The position numbers and the translations under genes are program-made. The notes below the pieces were generated by a model. The model had not been told where the DNA came from. It searched no databases and saw only the letters and a program-made list of their open reading frames with translations. From Candidatus Daviesbacteria bacterium (GTDB lineage: Bacteria > Patescibacteriota > Microgenomatia > Daviesbacterales > UBA10151), in the NCBI GenBank assembly GCA_028687915.1, contig JAQTZF010000001.1, forward strand, positions 290,634 through 354,633: DNA of 64,000 bases. Reading direction: 5' to 3'. Shown in pieces: positions 28,501 to 38,250 of this stretch (its first letter is position 1; each line of letters opens with the position of its first letter).

Positions 28501-30764
28501 TTTTTAATGGCTCGGACGATTTTGTCATCGCCAGGGTTGGAATAGCGCAGTTTTTCGAGAGCATCTTTTTTCAGCTGCAGCTGTTTAACCTGCGGGCTTA
28601 CCTCGCCAGGTTGTTTCTCTACTTTTGGAGGGGTGACCTTTGTCTCAGGAACTGGCGCAGGTGCTGGTTTGGGTTCGGGCGCTTTCACTTCCGCTGGTTT
28701 GACCCAGGGCTTTGTGAATCTGTCGCCGTTTTTCGTCCACCATTTTGCTGCTTCCGTTTCAGGAATTACTTTTTTGTCAAAATAAACTGCTTGAGGTTCG
28801 ATATTGCCAGTCTGAGTGTTCTTGCCCATGAGGTAGGAGACACCAGCTGTCTTGCCTTTTTGTCGGAATATAGAGCCTTTATCAAAAAGACCCGCGTCTT
28901 TGACCGCCACCTTACCGACTTTATCAGTGGAATCGGCATCGAATTGAAAACCCTCAGTCGGTTTTGCGGGAGCTGGGGCAGTGGCTGCCTTGATAGTCGA
29001 CATCACTTTTTTATACCCCTCAATATCGTAGCTTTTGCCCTTAAACATGGCATAAATATCTTTGTATTGATCGTTAGTTATTTTCTGCCCCTGGAATTTT
29101 TTGGCTTCTTCCATGAGATTGAGTTTGCTGTTGACGCCGTTTTTGAGATTATCGATCACCCAGTTGACCACCCCTTTGTTGACAGTCATGTCTCTGGCAT
29201 ATTTATTCGTCTGACCATACTGATTGCGCAGGGTATTCCAGAGAGCTTTGCCATCCTTCCAGGTGGGATTTGTGATCGCGACTTCTTCCGCGATTGCAGG
29301 CGTTTGCTCGGTTGCAGCTGGCGTCTCTTTCAGAGTTGCCGATGGCGCTGCTTCGGGAGTTTTGACTGCTTCAGCGATTGCCATTTCAGGCGTTCCTTTT
29401 GATGGCGTCACCTTGATGTTTTGTTCTTTTGCCAGGGTTATGAGATCGGAGTTTGAAAGTTTGTTTGCTGGTAGTCCGAATTTTGTTTTGACTTCTTCGC
29501 CACCCAGACCCTTGATAACCTCAGCTCGTTGCTCATCGGTGAGTGTGGATCGCACTGAGAGTCCTGCTGGCATGTTTCTGATGGTGCTTACCACTAAGGC
29601 TCGTTTGTCGGGGACATTCACCCACAGCTCGCGGAATAAATCCTCGAACTCCTGGCGGAATGTCTTGCCAGTGTAGCCTGTTGGATTCTGGATTTTCGTC
29701 AAGAACTCATAGGCGCGGTTGGCTGTATTCCATGCCTGATTGAACTGACCCATCTCTTGCGGTGTTTGCATCGACTGAGCTGGGAATTGTTTTGTGATGT
29801 CGACGACCTTTTGTTTCCAGGCAGTTTTGATCTGATCCGCGCTGGCTTTCTCGTTGACTCCGAGATAATCGAATGCCTGTTTTTTAGTGATGCTCAGCTG
29901 CTCGGATGCAGCTTTCTCCATGTTCTTTTCGAGTTGCGCTGCCTGTGATGGGAATGCTTTTGCCAGGGCGTAGTTGGTAGAGTGGAGTGCAATCACTGCT
30001 GCCGTATTTTTCAATGCGTCTTCAGGACTGTCTCCCTTAATAAGTGAGGTGACATAAGCTGCAGGAGCGATGATTCCAGTCGACTTGAAATAACTGGGTT
30101 TCATACCTGCAATAGAAAATGCCCCTCCCAGAGCAAAGTCAGCTCCAAAGTCTTTGGCACGCTGCGAAGCGTCCTTGTAGAACTCTGATTTTTGAACCTG
30201 ACCTAGACCTGCGAAGGTTAAACCATTCGTCAGAAGTGAGTAAGTTTTGGGTGCAATACGAGCGAATCTAGCGACAGCAGGAATCCCTCTGGCTGCGCCT
30301 TGAATCAGCTCTCCGCCCACTAGAAAAGTTGCGACAGTGCCGAGAATGTTAAATTCGACATCGGTCATTTTGGCTGCCATTGCTGCAGTGTCGTCGGCAT
30401 ATTTAATCTCTGGATTCCACCAGCCGAAAGTGAATGCTTTGGCAAGTCCTGTGCCTGCCCCTCCGAGTGCGCCGACTGTGGCGCTGGGGAGTCGTTCCCA
30501 GAACCCTGACTCTCTTGCGCCGATCCCGAATGTTTGTGCTGCCGTCTCGACCCAGAGATTCTCGTAAGGTTTATAGCTTCCGCCTTTGTCTCCAGGGATC
30601 GCGTATTCTGATTGTTTGGTGAGTTCGGCTATCGGTTTGAAAAGATCAGTGGCTTTTGTGCTGACTGGCTTGAAGAAATCGCCCAGTGTTTTTCCCACAG
30701 AAGACACTCCCTTCTCGATAGGGCTTAATATGTTTGTTTTCAGTGTGTCTAAAAAGTTTGGCAT
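25593..30764 (-). CDS. large internal-virion/ejection polyvalent protein with C-terminal LPD38-like domain and internal J-like domain
   Basis: 1723 aa; LPD38-like WDDIPQWAKDQYF...IPKG...PPALK..E...N.NLFTG.PI...SP; J-like FDYLGV...IKTAW...AYEFL. Confidence 0.75.
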   Translation of the reverse strand: MPNFLDTLKTNILSPIEKGVSSVGKTLGDFFKPVSTKATDLFKPIAELTKQSEYAIPGDKGGSYKPYENLWVETAAQTFGIGARESGFWERLPSATVGALGGAGTGLAKAFTFGWWNPEIKYADDTAAMAAKMTDVEFNILGTVATFLVGGELIQGAARGIPAVARFARIAPKTYSLLTNGLTFAGLGQVQKSEFYKDASQRAKDFGADFALGGAFSIAGMKPSYFKSTGIIAPAAYVTSLIKGDSPEDALKNTAAVIALHSTNYALAKAFPSQAAQLEKNMEKAASEQLSITKKQAFDYLGVNEKASADQIKTAWKQKVVDITKQFPAQSMQTPQEMGQFNQAWNTANRAYEFLTKIQNPTGYTGKTFRQEFEDLFRELWVNVPDKRALVVSTIRNMPAGLSVRSTLTDEQRAEVIKGLGGEEVKTKFGLPANKLSNSDLITLAKEQNIKVTPSKGTPEMAIAEAVKTPEAAPSATLKETPAATEQTPAIAEEVAITNPTWKDGKALWNTLRNQYGQTNKYARDMTVNKGVVNWVIDNLKNGVNSKLNLMEEAKKFQGQKITNDQYKDIYAMFKGKSYDIEGYKKVMSTIKAATAPAPAKPTEGFQFDADSTDKVGKVAVKDAGLFDKGSIFRQKGKTAGVSYLMGKNTQTGNIEPQAVYFDKKVIPETEAAKWWTKNGDRFTKPWVKPAEVKAPEPKPAPAPVPETKVTPPKVEKQPGEVSPQVKQLQLKKDALEKLRYSNPGDDKIVRAIKKIDDQIAQQFTAQEQKAAKAEEIRLKYRPEEKELLDAERVPSVGEIMKDKEAYLKKFQERMQGKVKAPKKMRADEMATPPKGSAPRPPKEEPITQAPPPPEGSALEQIDKMVGKLGKAASVADWLKGVKPWFSRNFTDRYAPMKQFEETVSKLQGLPIDIDSSPYIAARLYAGRFGTIEVAFRDLQKIVSPVRKFRPDFTRYVLAQRAIERADRGFDNPAGVTKETGEKALTELKEKVGEKVYKQFEQAGQAIQNWSIRNILEPMRDTGLISKKAFNAVVEKNKSWMPFHVLDYLPDAKQADQMQAGSETFSVSKQGVIQGLKGTEKQIRDPFESIVDNLSKAINLTKRNEVARKLIDLRKSHPEAKEFIKYLYKDAKAPKDWDTISAFINGKVTRWAVPKELSEAMHALSPAEAGVMGKLAMASTRAFKAGVTTFYIPFTLTNAIRDFQTASIVTKWGFSPVNWLSGLMDGFKGAFKWESKAYDDFLKNQGGYGGYIGNAKQLSVVSKELFTPSWWTKTKAIINPFQLISNFSEAVELAPRLGIYKKGIAKPGVTTTEAAFEARNATVDFAKAGKEMRIINQWIPFVNARWQGLLRVKDAFKENPLKSALKAMALIVMPGVATYFYNIMNHEDLWDDIPQWAKDQYFIIILGSEKDKEGKTVPKVLQIPKGDMGAIFYNPLEYAFEYVRKQEPANLLKLAVEWTSQLSPVPFSRDGELSGSAFLGGALPPALKTLVEEVTNLNLFTGFPIIPRKLEKVAPTEQYNEKTEPLAVMLGRAVGWSPMRIAHIATGLFGSSSKYVFNPSDLVGASLQRFVRTQGGAKENAAWQLLDDTTVGYNTARIQVQKALTAGNLPQAQKIATDWNNKAKLIVPQITPLLFADDPKEAVSFQKSVMFDASDMQRLLKLSAPAGTKNPVLKPGGSAPRANDPLGLMGGSAPAPSAKPTMGQMFPTGGGATKGNDPLGLFK

Positions 30765-30820
30765 AGTATTTTTAATCCCTTCTTTCGATGGGCTTCATGA
30801 CAGGCTAAATACTGAGGAGG

Positions 30821-31903
30821 TTAAACTCCTGGCGTAAATAACCTTTTCAAAAAGCCACCGATACCGCCTTGCGTTTTTGTGTTCCATTCGTCGTCGATGA
30901 TGCTTGAGACATTCTCTCCTTTGTCCGTGACTGCTGTTCCGTAAGCTCCCTTCAGCTGATCTGCTGTGTAGCCTTGCTTCCATGCGTCCCTGATTTTCAT
31001 TCGAAGTCCCTCAGAGGGAATCGTTTGCGCTGCTGCTCCAGTTCCTGCTCCTTCTTCTGATTGATAATAGGTGGTCTTTCCTGTTGCTGGGTCAAAATAT
31101 CCGACGATATTGCCCCATGCGTCTTTCACTTGCTGCTGGTTTGCACCTGATCCGCCTTTGCTGGCATTGATTCTGCCTGTCTGTGCTTCGTAGAGTTTGA
31201 GTTCAAACTCTTTCTCCCATCTGCTCGTTTCGGTTGCTGCTGATAATTCTTGCGTTCTCGCTTGCTGGTAGGTTTGTAGTAAGCCTCCCAGGAATTGCAG
31301 GTTGTATCTCATACTGTTGACTGACGATTCTTTGTCTTTTGTCTCCATGCCCACCTTGTTGGTGATCTCTCCGAGTTTGGCGTTATATGTGCCTGCTTTC
31401 GTGTTTCTCTCATCGATCAGGTTATTGATCTTGGCGTTGGCGAGTCTTTGAATTTCGCCAGTTTCTCCAGTGATTGTCGCTGCGCTATACCCTGGATTCT
31501 TTCGCACTTTTGAGACTGATTCGTCTCTTAAATTCTTTTCGGTGGCGATGCTGGTATCTAAGGCATCAATTTCGCCTTTGACTTTATCCAGTCCTGACTT
31601 GCTGTATTCCTCCTCGTAGCGCCTGGTCTGGTAGCCTTGCAGCTCTGATTCCGCACCCTGCAGTTTGCCGTAGGTGTCCTGAAAATTCGTTTGCAGTGTC
31701 GGCAAGTCAAAGCCCATTAAATTCATAGAGCCTCCGCCTAAGTTGCTCAGTCCTGCTGCCAGATTTCCTACTGATCCCTGCCCACCTTGACCTTGACCTT
31801 GACCTGGGTCTTCGCCGTTTGTCCAGATGCCTTCGCCCCACCATCTCTGGTTTTTGCCTGTGGTTGGGTTGTCATACCATCCGCCGTATTGTTTGTCTGC
31901 CAT
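30821..31903 (-). CDS. putative ejection/internal virion protein
   Basis: G/Q-rich and coiled-coil, upstream of the giant protein; GGAGGTGA SD before ATG 31903. Confidence 0.6.
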   Translation of the reverse strand: MADKQYGGWYDNPTTGKNQRWWGEGIWTNGEDPGQGQGQGGQGSVGNLAAGLSNLGGGSMNLMGFDLPTLQTNFQDTYGKLQGAESELQGYQTRRYEEEYSKSGLDKVKGEIDALDTSIATEKNLRDESVSKVRKNPGYSAATITGETGEIQRLANAKINNLIDERNTKAGTYNAKLGEITNKVGMETKDKESSVNSMRYNLQFLGGLLQTYQQARTQELSAATETSRWEKEFELKLYEAQTGRINASKGGSGANQQQVKDAWGNIVGYFDPATGKTTYYQSEEGAGTGAAAQTIPSEGLRMKIRDAWKQGYTADQLKGAYGTAVTDKGENVSSIIDDEWNTKTQGGIGGFLKRLFTPGV

Positions 31904-31904
31904 G

Positions 31905-32138
31905 TTATTTTTCACCTCCTTTCGTTGGTTGTTTTACTTCAGTAATAACTCCAGTAACTAAGTTGAAGCTCCACTCCTTATTGCCATCGAGTCCGTATTT
32001 TGAGAACAGACTGACGAGCCAGACATTCTTTTGAGCTTCTAGCGCCTGGCTGATTGCGATGTGCTGCCTGACGAGTTTGTCTTTTTCTTGCAGCTCGATC
32101 AGGTCTTCGTTTTTTAGTTTTAATTTTTTATTGAACAT
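31905..32138 (-). CDS. small hypothetical protein, possible tail-fibre chaperone
   Basis: AGGAGG SD before ATG 32138; follows the fibre gene. Confidence 0.55.
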   Translation of the reverse strand: MFNKKLKLKNEDLIELQEKDKLVRQHIAISQALEAQKNVWLVSLFSKYGLDGNKEWSFNLVTGVITEVKQPTKGGEK

Positions 32139-33447
32139 ATGCCTCCTTAATGACCCCAGGTTTGGTCTGCCACGCCTGGGTGAAATCAGTAATCTTTTTG
32201 TCGACATCTCCACCTGTTTTTCTGATCTGTTTTACCCGATGGTCGAAATATCGCTTTTTGAATGAGTCCTCGGTTTCGTCAGCCTCTTTGACGATGATCT
32301 CTCCCTCTGGTTCGAAGTCCTTGCCGAATGCGCCGTCGCGGATAGTGAAGACAATAAAATCAAAGGGAGCGCTCGACTTGCCTCCAGCGATCTCTTTGAC
32401 TGTCATGCTGTTTTTATCGACCTCTTTGACGAAGATTCCGTTGCAGTCTCCGCGCGGGGTGACATAAGCGGTGACCTTCCTGGCGTCACTGACTGCTGGG
32501 AAGTGGGCGGGAAAAGCGATCTTGCGCTCTCCGTTTGCCAAAGTATCCGATCCACGATGCACCAGCAAGACTTCAGCTGCTTCGATCCCTGTATAAACAA
32601 GCAGATGATTTTTCTTGAGCGGGTGAGGGATCGTAAAATTACACCAGCCAGTTTTGTTGATATTGCCCGCGACATTCAGTGCCTGCATTCCGCACATCAT
32701 GATGTTTAAGCTGGAGAGGTAAGCAATACCTCCGTAAATTCTTTCTGCCGACATCGACCCTGTGGTGATTTTTCCTGCGTTAAGATTGGCGATTTCGGCA
32801 TCAGTGACCGCTAAATCTTGAATCTTGGCTGTCGAAATGGCTGCATTCATGATTTTCGAATTGCCCACAGCCAAAGCGCCGATCTGCGCCCAGGTGACGG
32901 CGAGGTCTTGAATCTTTGCCGTGCTGATTGCTGCCTCCATTATCCTGGAATTACCCACCTGCAGGAGTCCGATTTTCGAATTGGTGATGGTTTCGTTGGC
33001 GATCTCGGCGTTGGTTACTGCCAGGTCTTGGATTTTGGCAGTGGAGATCGCAGCGTTCATGATCTTGCTGTTACCGACCTCTGAGTTGCCGATTTTGGCG
33101 TTGATAATCGCTGCGTCCTGGATGTGTGCCGTGATGATGACCGCTTCTTCTACCTGTGCCGACAGTGTAATGACTGCACCTGTTTTGAAGACCTTTGCTG
33201 CAGTCACGGCGTCGTCTTTTAGCTTTGATGTAGCGACTGCTGCAGCTGCCAACTTTTCCTCAGTGACCGATAAATCCATGAGGTTACCATCACTCACGGC
33301 GTTTTCTTTGAGCTGCGAACTTCCCACTGATTGCGGAGCAAGGGGGAGAGAATCCACGCCGTTGTGGGTGTGCGGTTGCACGACAGGGAAGGGCTGGTCT
33401 GTGACCTCCCTGTTCGTAAATACCTTTTTTATTAAGTCTGTTAGCAT
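32128..33447 (-). CDS. tail fibre-like protein with 10-residue repeats
   Basis: HTHNGVDS N-terminus; repeated VGNSKIMNAAISTAKIQDLAVT units; C-terminal FTIPHP...YTGIEA...RG domain. Confidence 0.75.
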   Translation of the reverse strand: MLTDLIKKVFTNREVTDQPFPVVQPHTHNGVDSLPLAPQSVGSSQLKENAVSDGNLMDLSVTEEKLAAAAVATSKLKDDAVTAAKVFKTGAVITLSAQVEEAVIITAHIQDAAIINAKIGNSEVGNSKIMNAAISTAKIQDLAVTNAEIANETITNSKIGLLQVGNSRIMEAAISTAKIQDLAVTWAQIGALAVGNSKIMNAAISTAKIQDLAVTDAEIANLNAGKITTGSMSAERIYGGIAYLSSLNIMMCGMQALNVAGNINKTGWCNFTIPHPLKKNHLLVYTGIEAAEVLLVHRGSDTLANGERKIAFPAHFPAVSDARKVTAYVTPRGDCNGIFVKEVDKNSMTVKEIAGGKSSAPFDFIVFTIRDGAFGKDFEPEGEIIVKEADETEDSFKKRYFDHRVKQIRKTGGDVDKKITDFTQAWQTKPGVIKEAYVQ

Positions 33448-33451
33448 AGTT

Positions 33452-34909
33452 TTATAAAATGCCTAATGGCTCGAAATAAGTTGTCGCCGATATAATTTCA
33501 GGCGTGTCATTGCCATTCGGATGCAAACTGACCGCCAGCTCGTAGTCTTCGCCTTCGCCTGGGTTGTCCTCATCTCCGCCTGTCTCGATAGTGAAAATCG
33601 CTTTTGTTTGCCCGACCTTATCGAATAACTCTGCGCCGTCCTGCATGGTTGCCAGCTGCCAGGTGGCTTCCTGATTGACCTTGTAATAGACTTCGATGCT
33701 GCAGTCGGCTGGCAGGGCTTTGGTCAGTAGTTTTATATGTCTGAATCCTTTTTGAGTGAATGTTTCCCCGCCGTCAAAAATCAAGCCTTCAAAGCGTCCC
33801 TCGGCTTTGTTGTCCTCGTCAATAACATCGACGCCGAAGGTTGCGCCATCCTGCCAGGAGACGAATAACTCATCGCCATAAACTGTCAGCGCTCCGATTG
33901 AGACATCTTCCATTTTTCCGTGTGAGGGAATGTATTCGAGATTGAGCGCATAGGGATCGTTTTTGTTGATCCTGCCGTAAGAGTAGACTCCACATTTTTC
34001 CGATCCGTTTAAGCCATAAAGAGGCAGCCCACCATAATTGCAGACTGCTCCTGGGTTGACCCAGCCATATGTCCCAGGGAATTTCTTGATCTTCATGAGG
34101 GTGGCAGTGTCCCAGAAGTAGAGTGCGCCTTTGATACCTGCCTGAATCGTCAGGAATTCACCCTGCATCATTGCGTTGACGCCTCGCTCGGCGACCATGC
34201 GTCTTTGAATCCAGGAGGGTTGAATTTTGTCCCATGTCCAGAGCCAGCCTTCTTCAACCTTGTCGCCTTTGTGCGATCCGAGCAATACCAGCTGATCTTG
34301 ACTCACAAGCACTTTATGACGATGACCTTTGGGAACATCGAGAGCTTCGAGATTGAAGCCTCCCTCGTAATCGACCATTGCCAGGTTTTGTGCGTCGCAG
34401 ATAAGTAGAACTCCCAGGGCTTCCACTGCTGTGTGCCAGGCAGGATCGCCATTGAGTGATTGCCAGTCGTGTTCGACATCAGTCGCCCAGTTACTTTCGT
34501 CAGCTTTGCTCAATAAAATTCTTGAGACTTTGGTTTCGGTCATCCAGTAAAGGTAAGGAACATAGTTGTCGCTGCCGTCATTGTTGGTGTATTCGGCTGC
34601 ACCAGTGATTTTGCCGTTGGCGTCCGTATAAACCAGCTCCCACGCTGAGGTGGGGGTAGCTTTCCTATACACATTTCCTGTATCACCGAAGCCATAAAGC
34701 TGTCCGTTTGAAGCGGGAACGAAAAATAGAATCAGATCAGTGACTGTCGTCAATGAGTCTTTTTTGAGTGCTTGATTGCATTTTAGGGTGTTTTCTTCCC
34801 CTCGGATATTTAAGCCATACCCGAACTGGAATGCTTCTCGCACTCCCTGATGGGGATCGTCTGCGATCCCTCCTCTGAATCCCTGTATTTTATAAGCGTT
34901 TAGTGCCAT
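33452..34909 (-). CDS. putative tail nozzle (tubular protein B-like, beta-propeller)
   Basis: N-terminal GFRGGI..D motif, beta-rich 485 aa, follows adaptor gene. Confidence 0.65.
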   Translation of the reverse strand: MALNAYKIQGFRGGIADDPHQGVREAFQFGYGLNIRGEENTLKCNQALKKDSLTTVTDLILFFVPASNGQLYGFGDTGNVYRKATPTSAWELVYTDANGKITGAAEYTNNDGSDNYVPYLYWMTETKVSRILLSKADESNWATDVEHDWQSLNGDPAWHTAVEALGVLLICDAQNLAMVDYEGGFNLEALDVPKGHRHKVLVSQDQLVLLGSHKGDKVEEGWLWTWDKIQPSWIQRRMVAERGVNAMMQGEFLTIQAGIKGALYFWDTATLMKIKKFPGTYGWVNPGAVCNYGGLPLYGLNGSEKCGVYSYGRINKNDPYALNLEYIPSHGKMEDVSIGALTVYGDELFVSWQDGATFGVDVIDEDNKAEGRFEGLIFDGGETFTQKGFRHIKLLTKALPADCSIEVYYKVNQEATWQLATMQDGAELFDKVGQTKAIFTIETGGDEDNPGEGEDYELAVSLHPNGNDTPEIISATTYFEPLGIL

Positions 34910-34966
34910 AGTTTTTTCAATTTCAAGGTTTTACCTTGCCTTTGAAAGCCCCTCAATCTGGCGGGC

Positions 34967-35647
34967 TTACCTTTGCCATCTCATGCTCGTCGCTTGTCCT
35001 TTGAACACGCTTTGCGGTTCTTCGTCCTCTCTCTCTTTGAGCTGCTGCAGCATGGAATTCGCCTCGTTTATCTCTTTGACTGCCTCGTTTGCTCTGCCAG
35101 GTGTCTTCGAAAGACAGATTGCAAAAGCGAACTTGATAATCGGCTCATCCATTTCTTCTGGTGTGATCGGTTCGTCAGTTTCCTCGACCATTTTCACTGG
35201 TCGTCTCCTATAAAAGAGGTCGAGAATTTTGCCTTCCAGTCCTGCCACATCTTCGTCTTTGGTGATTTCTTTCAGGTTGAGAAAATACTCGTCACCCACA
35301 ATGGAATAAACCCTCTCGTAGGGGTAGGACTTGTCGTTATAAGCATCGATGTCGACTTTGAAATGTTTTTTCTGTTCTTCGGTGACGGGATCGTAAGCGG
35401 TAAGTAGAATCATTCCGCCTGGTTTGAAATCAAAAGGAAGGTAGTAATCTTCTTTCAGTGTGCCGTCGATTTCTAGTTCGATGGCTTGGGTAGCATGGTG
35501 ATTTAAGAACTTCCAGGCTGCATAATTGCAAGCCCTCACCACTGATTTATTGATCCAGCGTTCTTTGTCTTCGGGCTTCCAAAAGCCTGTTATTTTGCTG
35601 GCTGCGATTCTGGCATCTAAATCTTGTGTAAATTCTTGAAATTCCAT
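34967..35647 (-). CDS. putative head-tail adaptor (tubular protein A-like)
   Basis: WINKS..R.C....WKFL, YYLPFDF, YRRRP..M...TDEP.TPEE.D. Confidence 0.7.
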   Translation of the reverse strand: MEFQEFTQDLDARIAASKITGFWKPEDKERWINKSVVRACNYAAWKFLNHHATQAIELEIDGTLKEDYYLPFDFKPGGMILLTAYDPVTEEQKKHFKVDIDAYNDKSYPYERVYSIVGDEYFLNLKEITKDEDVAGLEGKILDLFYRRRPVKMVEETDEPITPEEMDEPIIKFAFAICLSKTPGRANEAVKEINEANSMLQQLKEREDEEPQSVFKGQATSMRWQR

Positions 35648-35661
35648 ATTTTCACCTCCTC

Positions 35662-38250
35662 TCAGGTTAGACTCCCTGTGAGCCTATAATTAACGATATA
35701 AGGCAACAGATGATTCCCTGGGCAGTCTGTGGCTGCACCAGAAACCTCATGGTGTCCTAATACATTTTCTTTGGGAATATGGCGTTGCTTTCGAAGATCG
35801 TCTAAGAGTTGCTGTAGTGTGGCAAGCTGCGCTGCTGTCGGGTATTCTGTGTCAAATTCTCCGCATACTACCACTCCGAGAGAGCGGTAGTTCATTTTGT
35901 TCGTGTCGGTGTGCGCTCCAACCTTGTTCTCTGGTCTACCTTCTATCAGTATACCATCTCCATCGAGCGCTCCGCCAATGAATTTATGATAGCCAATGTC
36001 TTCCCAGCCGTAGCCTATATGCGCGTTTTTAATGGTTATGAAATGTGTGCCGTCCCTTGCTGTCGCAGTGTGGTGGACGATGATGTATTCGGGATAGTTT
36101 GCTTTGTCATAAAAGGCTTTGTCCTGCTTAGTTGTTGTGGTTCGTCTTATTTTTTGCCAGGCAATCACCAGCTGCGCTGCCCATTTTCCTGCGCCACCTT
36201 TGCTCCAGTCGACAATATACTTGATGTTTCCGCTGTTGCTGTGTTCGCTCTCGATAACCAGTCCCAGCTTTTGGGTTGCGTCTCCGATCCAACCAGCCCG
36301 ATCCACAATTTCCTGGATGATTTCTTTTAATTCTGGCGATTCGTAGACGCTCTGGGCTGTCCAGTGAACACCTGCTAACACGCCTCCCGACGCTGCTCCC
36401 AGCGCCCACTGTTTTTGTGCGGTGGTCTTTGGTCGCGTGGAAGGTCGGGTGCTGCCGTCGGTGGCGAATACTGCAGCATTGTCTTCCGCGAAACCCTTAA
36501 TAATGAAATTGCACATGCTATTGTTTTGGTTGTCACTGGTCACCAAAAGGCGAGCGAAGACGATCTGCGACCCTTTGGGAATCTGCACAGGGCTGAAAAT
36601 AAAGCCCGCATCGTTGGGTGATTCTTCTGGCGAATATGTGCCATCGTCTCCACAGGTGATCCTGTTTTGAGAATAACCGCTCGGATACCAGACATTGTCT
36701 GGGAGCGCTCGATCTCGATAATCTTCCTCGCCATCGCGATCATTGAGCTGCAGGAAGGAGACATTGACCTCTTTGTCGAAGTAGTAAATCTCCAGCTCGG
36801 CTTTGTCTTCTTCACCGCTTGAGCTATCCCAGCAGGTTTTTGAATTGCCTGCTGTGCTGGTGTCATCCTCGACCACGAATGCCATCGCATTGCCTGCCTT
36901 CCAGTCACTTTGTCTCACCAGTTCCTGGACGACCAGGAGAAGGTTCGGGGTTTGCACCCATTCGTTCATTGTCCACTGTTTATAAATCTCCCAGGAGACG
37001 CTGGTCACTGTCTTTGCCCTAGTGCTGGGTTTGGTGGCGCTATTGAATGGCTTGGTGTCAATTTCCTTAATGCCTTTGATTCTCAGTTTGGTGGTGAATG
37101 CAGTCGCGTCAGTGGTCGCTGCCCTTAATCTCAACCTGGCGAACACAATCGTGGCATTCTTCGGGACATCGACATGGCGGAAGCGGAATGCTCCTGCGTA
37201 GGTTTTGCCTCCGTAATTACCCATTGTGATGATGTGGTTGGTGTTGCCGTCTTTATTCCAGACTCCGTCGCTGTCTTCTTTGCCATCATCGAGATTTTGG
37301 TCGATGATCCTTTTAATTTTGAGGACTTGGTTCTTTGATTTTTCAGTAGGAGTGATCGCTGGCTGGATGAAGTAGCGCAATTCTTTTTCGATCAGATGTT
37401 CGGTGGTGATCCCATACTTGAGCTGTTTTTGGATCGGAGGAGGAGGCGTGACTGTGTATCTCAGGCTTTTGGTTATTTTGGCTGATGCTTTGGCGATGCA
37501 GTATTTGAGACTTTTTGTGATCGCTGCAGGCGTTGTCTTGATGTAGTATTTAAGCTGCTTTTGAATCAGAGAAACTCCTGGAAGATCGATGCGGTAGGTC
37601 AGGCTTTTGGTTACTGCTGCAGGAGTTGAATTGACCGCGTATCTCAACTGCTTCGGGAGATTGTAGGAATTGATCTGTGGTTCGAGATAGTAGGAGAGGG
37701 ACTTTTCGATTTTCGTTGTCGATCCGAGTGTCACATCCAGCTCGGCTGCGTTTGCCTCGCCTGAGTTGTAGTCCCAAATCAGTTCGTAGTTGTTGCCTGG
37801 GCTGCCATTGTTTTCAATGACCAGCCCTATTGCACCACTGAAGCCTTCCTGGTTGACAATTTCCTGAATGATAGTTTTGATGTCGGGTGACTCATACCAG
37901 TTGTTTAATGTCCAATCAGCGCCAGGACTCCATGCTACCGATGCGGTTGTTTTGGCGCGGGTAGAAGGTCGAGACGCTGATCCCCAGGTTGCTGGATCAG
38001 GTTCAAGAATGCCTCTGATAACAAGGACGGGGCGCTTGGTGGAATTGACCGCGCACTTTACTCTTATTTTTGCTGCGAGAATGTTAGCTGCTTCGGCGAT
38101 GCCAGTGTCATCGAATATAAGCCCCACATCACAGTCGCCAGTGCCGTCATGACCGATGGTGGACTGATTGCCTGAGTAGCCGTTAGGATACCAATCTGTG
38201 CCATAATCTTCTTCGCCGTCGTCGGTATTGAGGAGGATTTCTTTGATCAC
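35662..38250 (-). CDS. virion protein with three repeated beta-rich domains and a C-terminal N-acetylmuramoyl-L-alanine amidase
   Basis: Three D(D/R)G.ED...(Y/V)(E/Q)(S/T)P...(I/V)QE(I/L)V domains; KSLxYxI linker repeats; Amidase_2 motifs IIVHHTA, IGYH, GAHT, GHHE, CPG. Confidence 0.8.
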   Translation of the reverse strand: MIKEILLNTDDGEEDYGTDWYPNGYSGNQSTIGHDGTGDCDVGLIFDDTGIAEAANILAAKIRVKCAVNSTKRPVLVIRGILEPDPATWGSASRPSTRAKTTASVAWSPGADWTLNNWYESPDIKTIIQEIVNQEGFSGAIGLVIENNGSPGNNYELIWDYNSGEANAAELDVTLGSTTKIEKSLSYYLEPQINSYNLPKQLRYAVNSTPAAVTKSLTYRIDLPGVSLIQKQLKYYIKTTPAAITKSLKYCIAKASAKITKSLRYTVTPPPPIQKQLKYGITTEHLIEKELRYFIQPAITPTEKSKNQVLKIKRIIDQNLDDGKEDSDGVWNKDGNTNHIITMGNYGGKTYAGAFRFRHVDVPKNATIVFARLRLRAATTDATAFTTKLRIKGIKEIDTKPFNSATKPSTRAKTVTSVSWEIYKQWTMNEWVQTPNLLLVVQELVRQSDWKAGNAMAFVVEDDTSTAGNSKTCWDSSSGEEDKAELEIYYFDKEVNVSFLQLNDRDGEEDYRDRALPDNVWYPSGYSQNRITCGDDGTYSPEESPNDAGFIFSPVQIPKGSQIVFARLLVTSDNQNNSMCNFIIKGFAEDNAAVFATDGSTRPSTRPKTTAQKQWALGAASGGVLAGVHWTAQSVYESPELKEIIQEIVDRAGWIGDATQKLGLVIESEHSNSGNIKYIVDWSKGGAGKWAAQLVIAWQKIRRTTTTKQDKAFYDKANYPEYIIVHHTATARDGTHFITIKNAHIGYGWEDIGYHKFIGGALDGDGILIEGRPENKVGAHTDTNKMNYRSLGVVVCGEFDTEYPTAAQLATLQQLLDDLRKQRHIPKENVLGHHEVSGAATDCPGNHLLPYIVNYRLTGSLT

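Noticed and set aside
28218-29402. 394-aa plus-strand ORF and similar antisense ORFs (e.g. 58399-59112, 22935-23402)
   Set aside because: Shadows of real genes on the opposite strand, with atypical composition and no recognisable motifs
32790-33130. Nucleotide repeats in the fibre gene as a mobile or regulatory repeat
   Set aside because: Explained by the protein's 10/30-residue periodicity with synonymous variation
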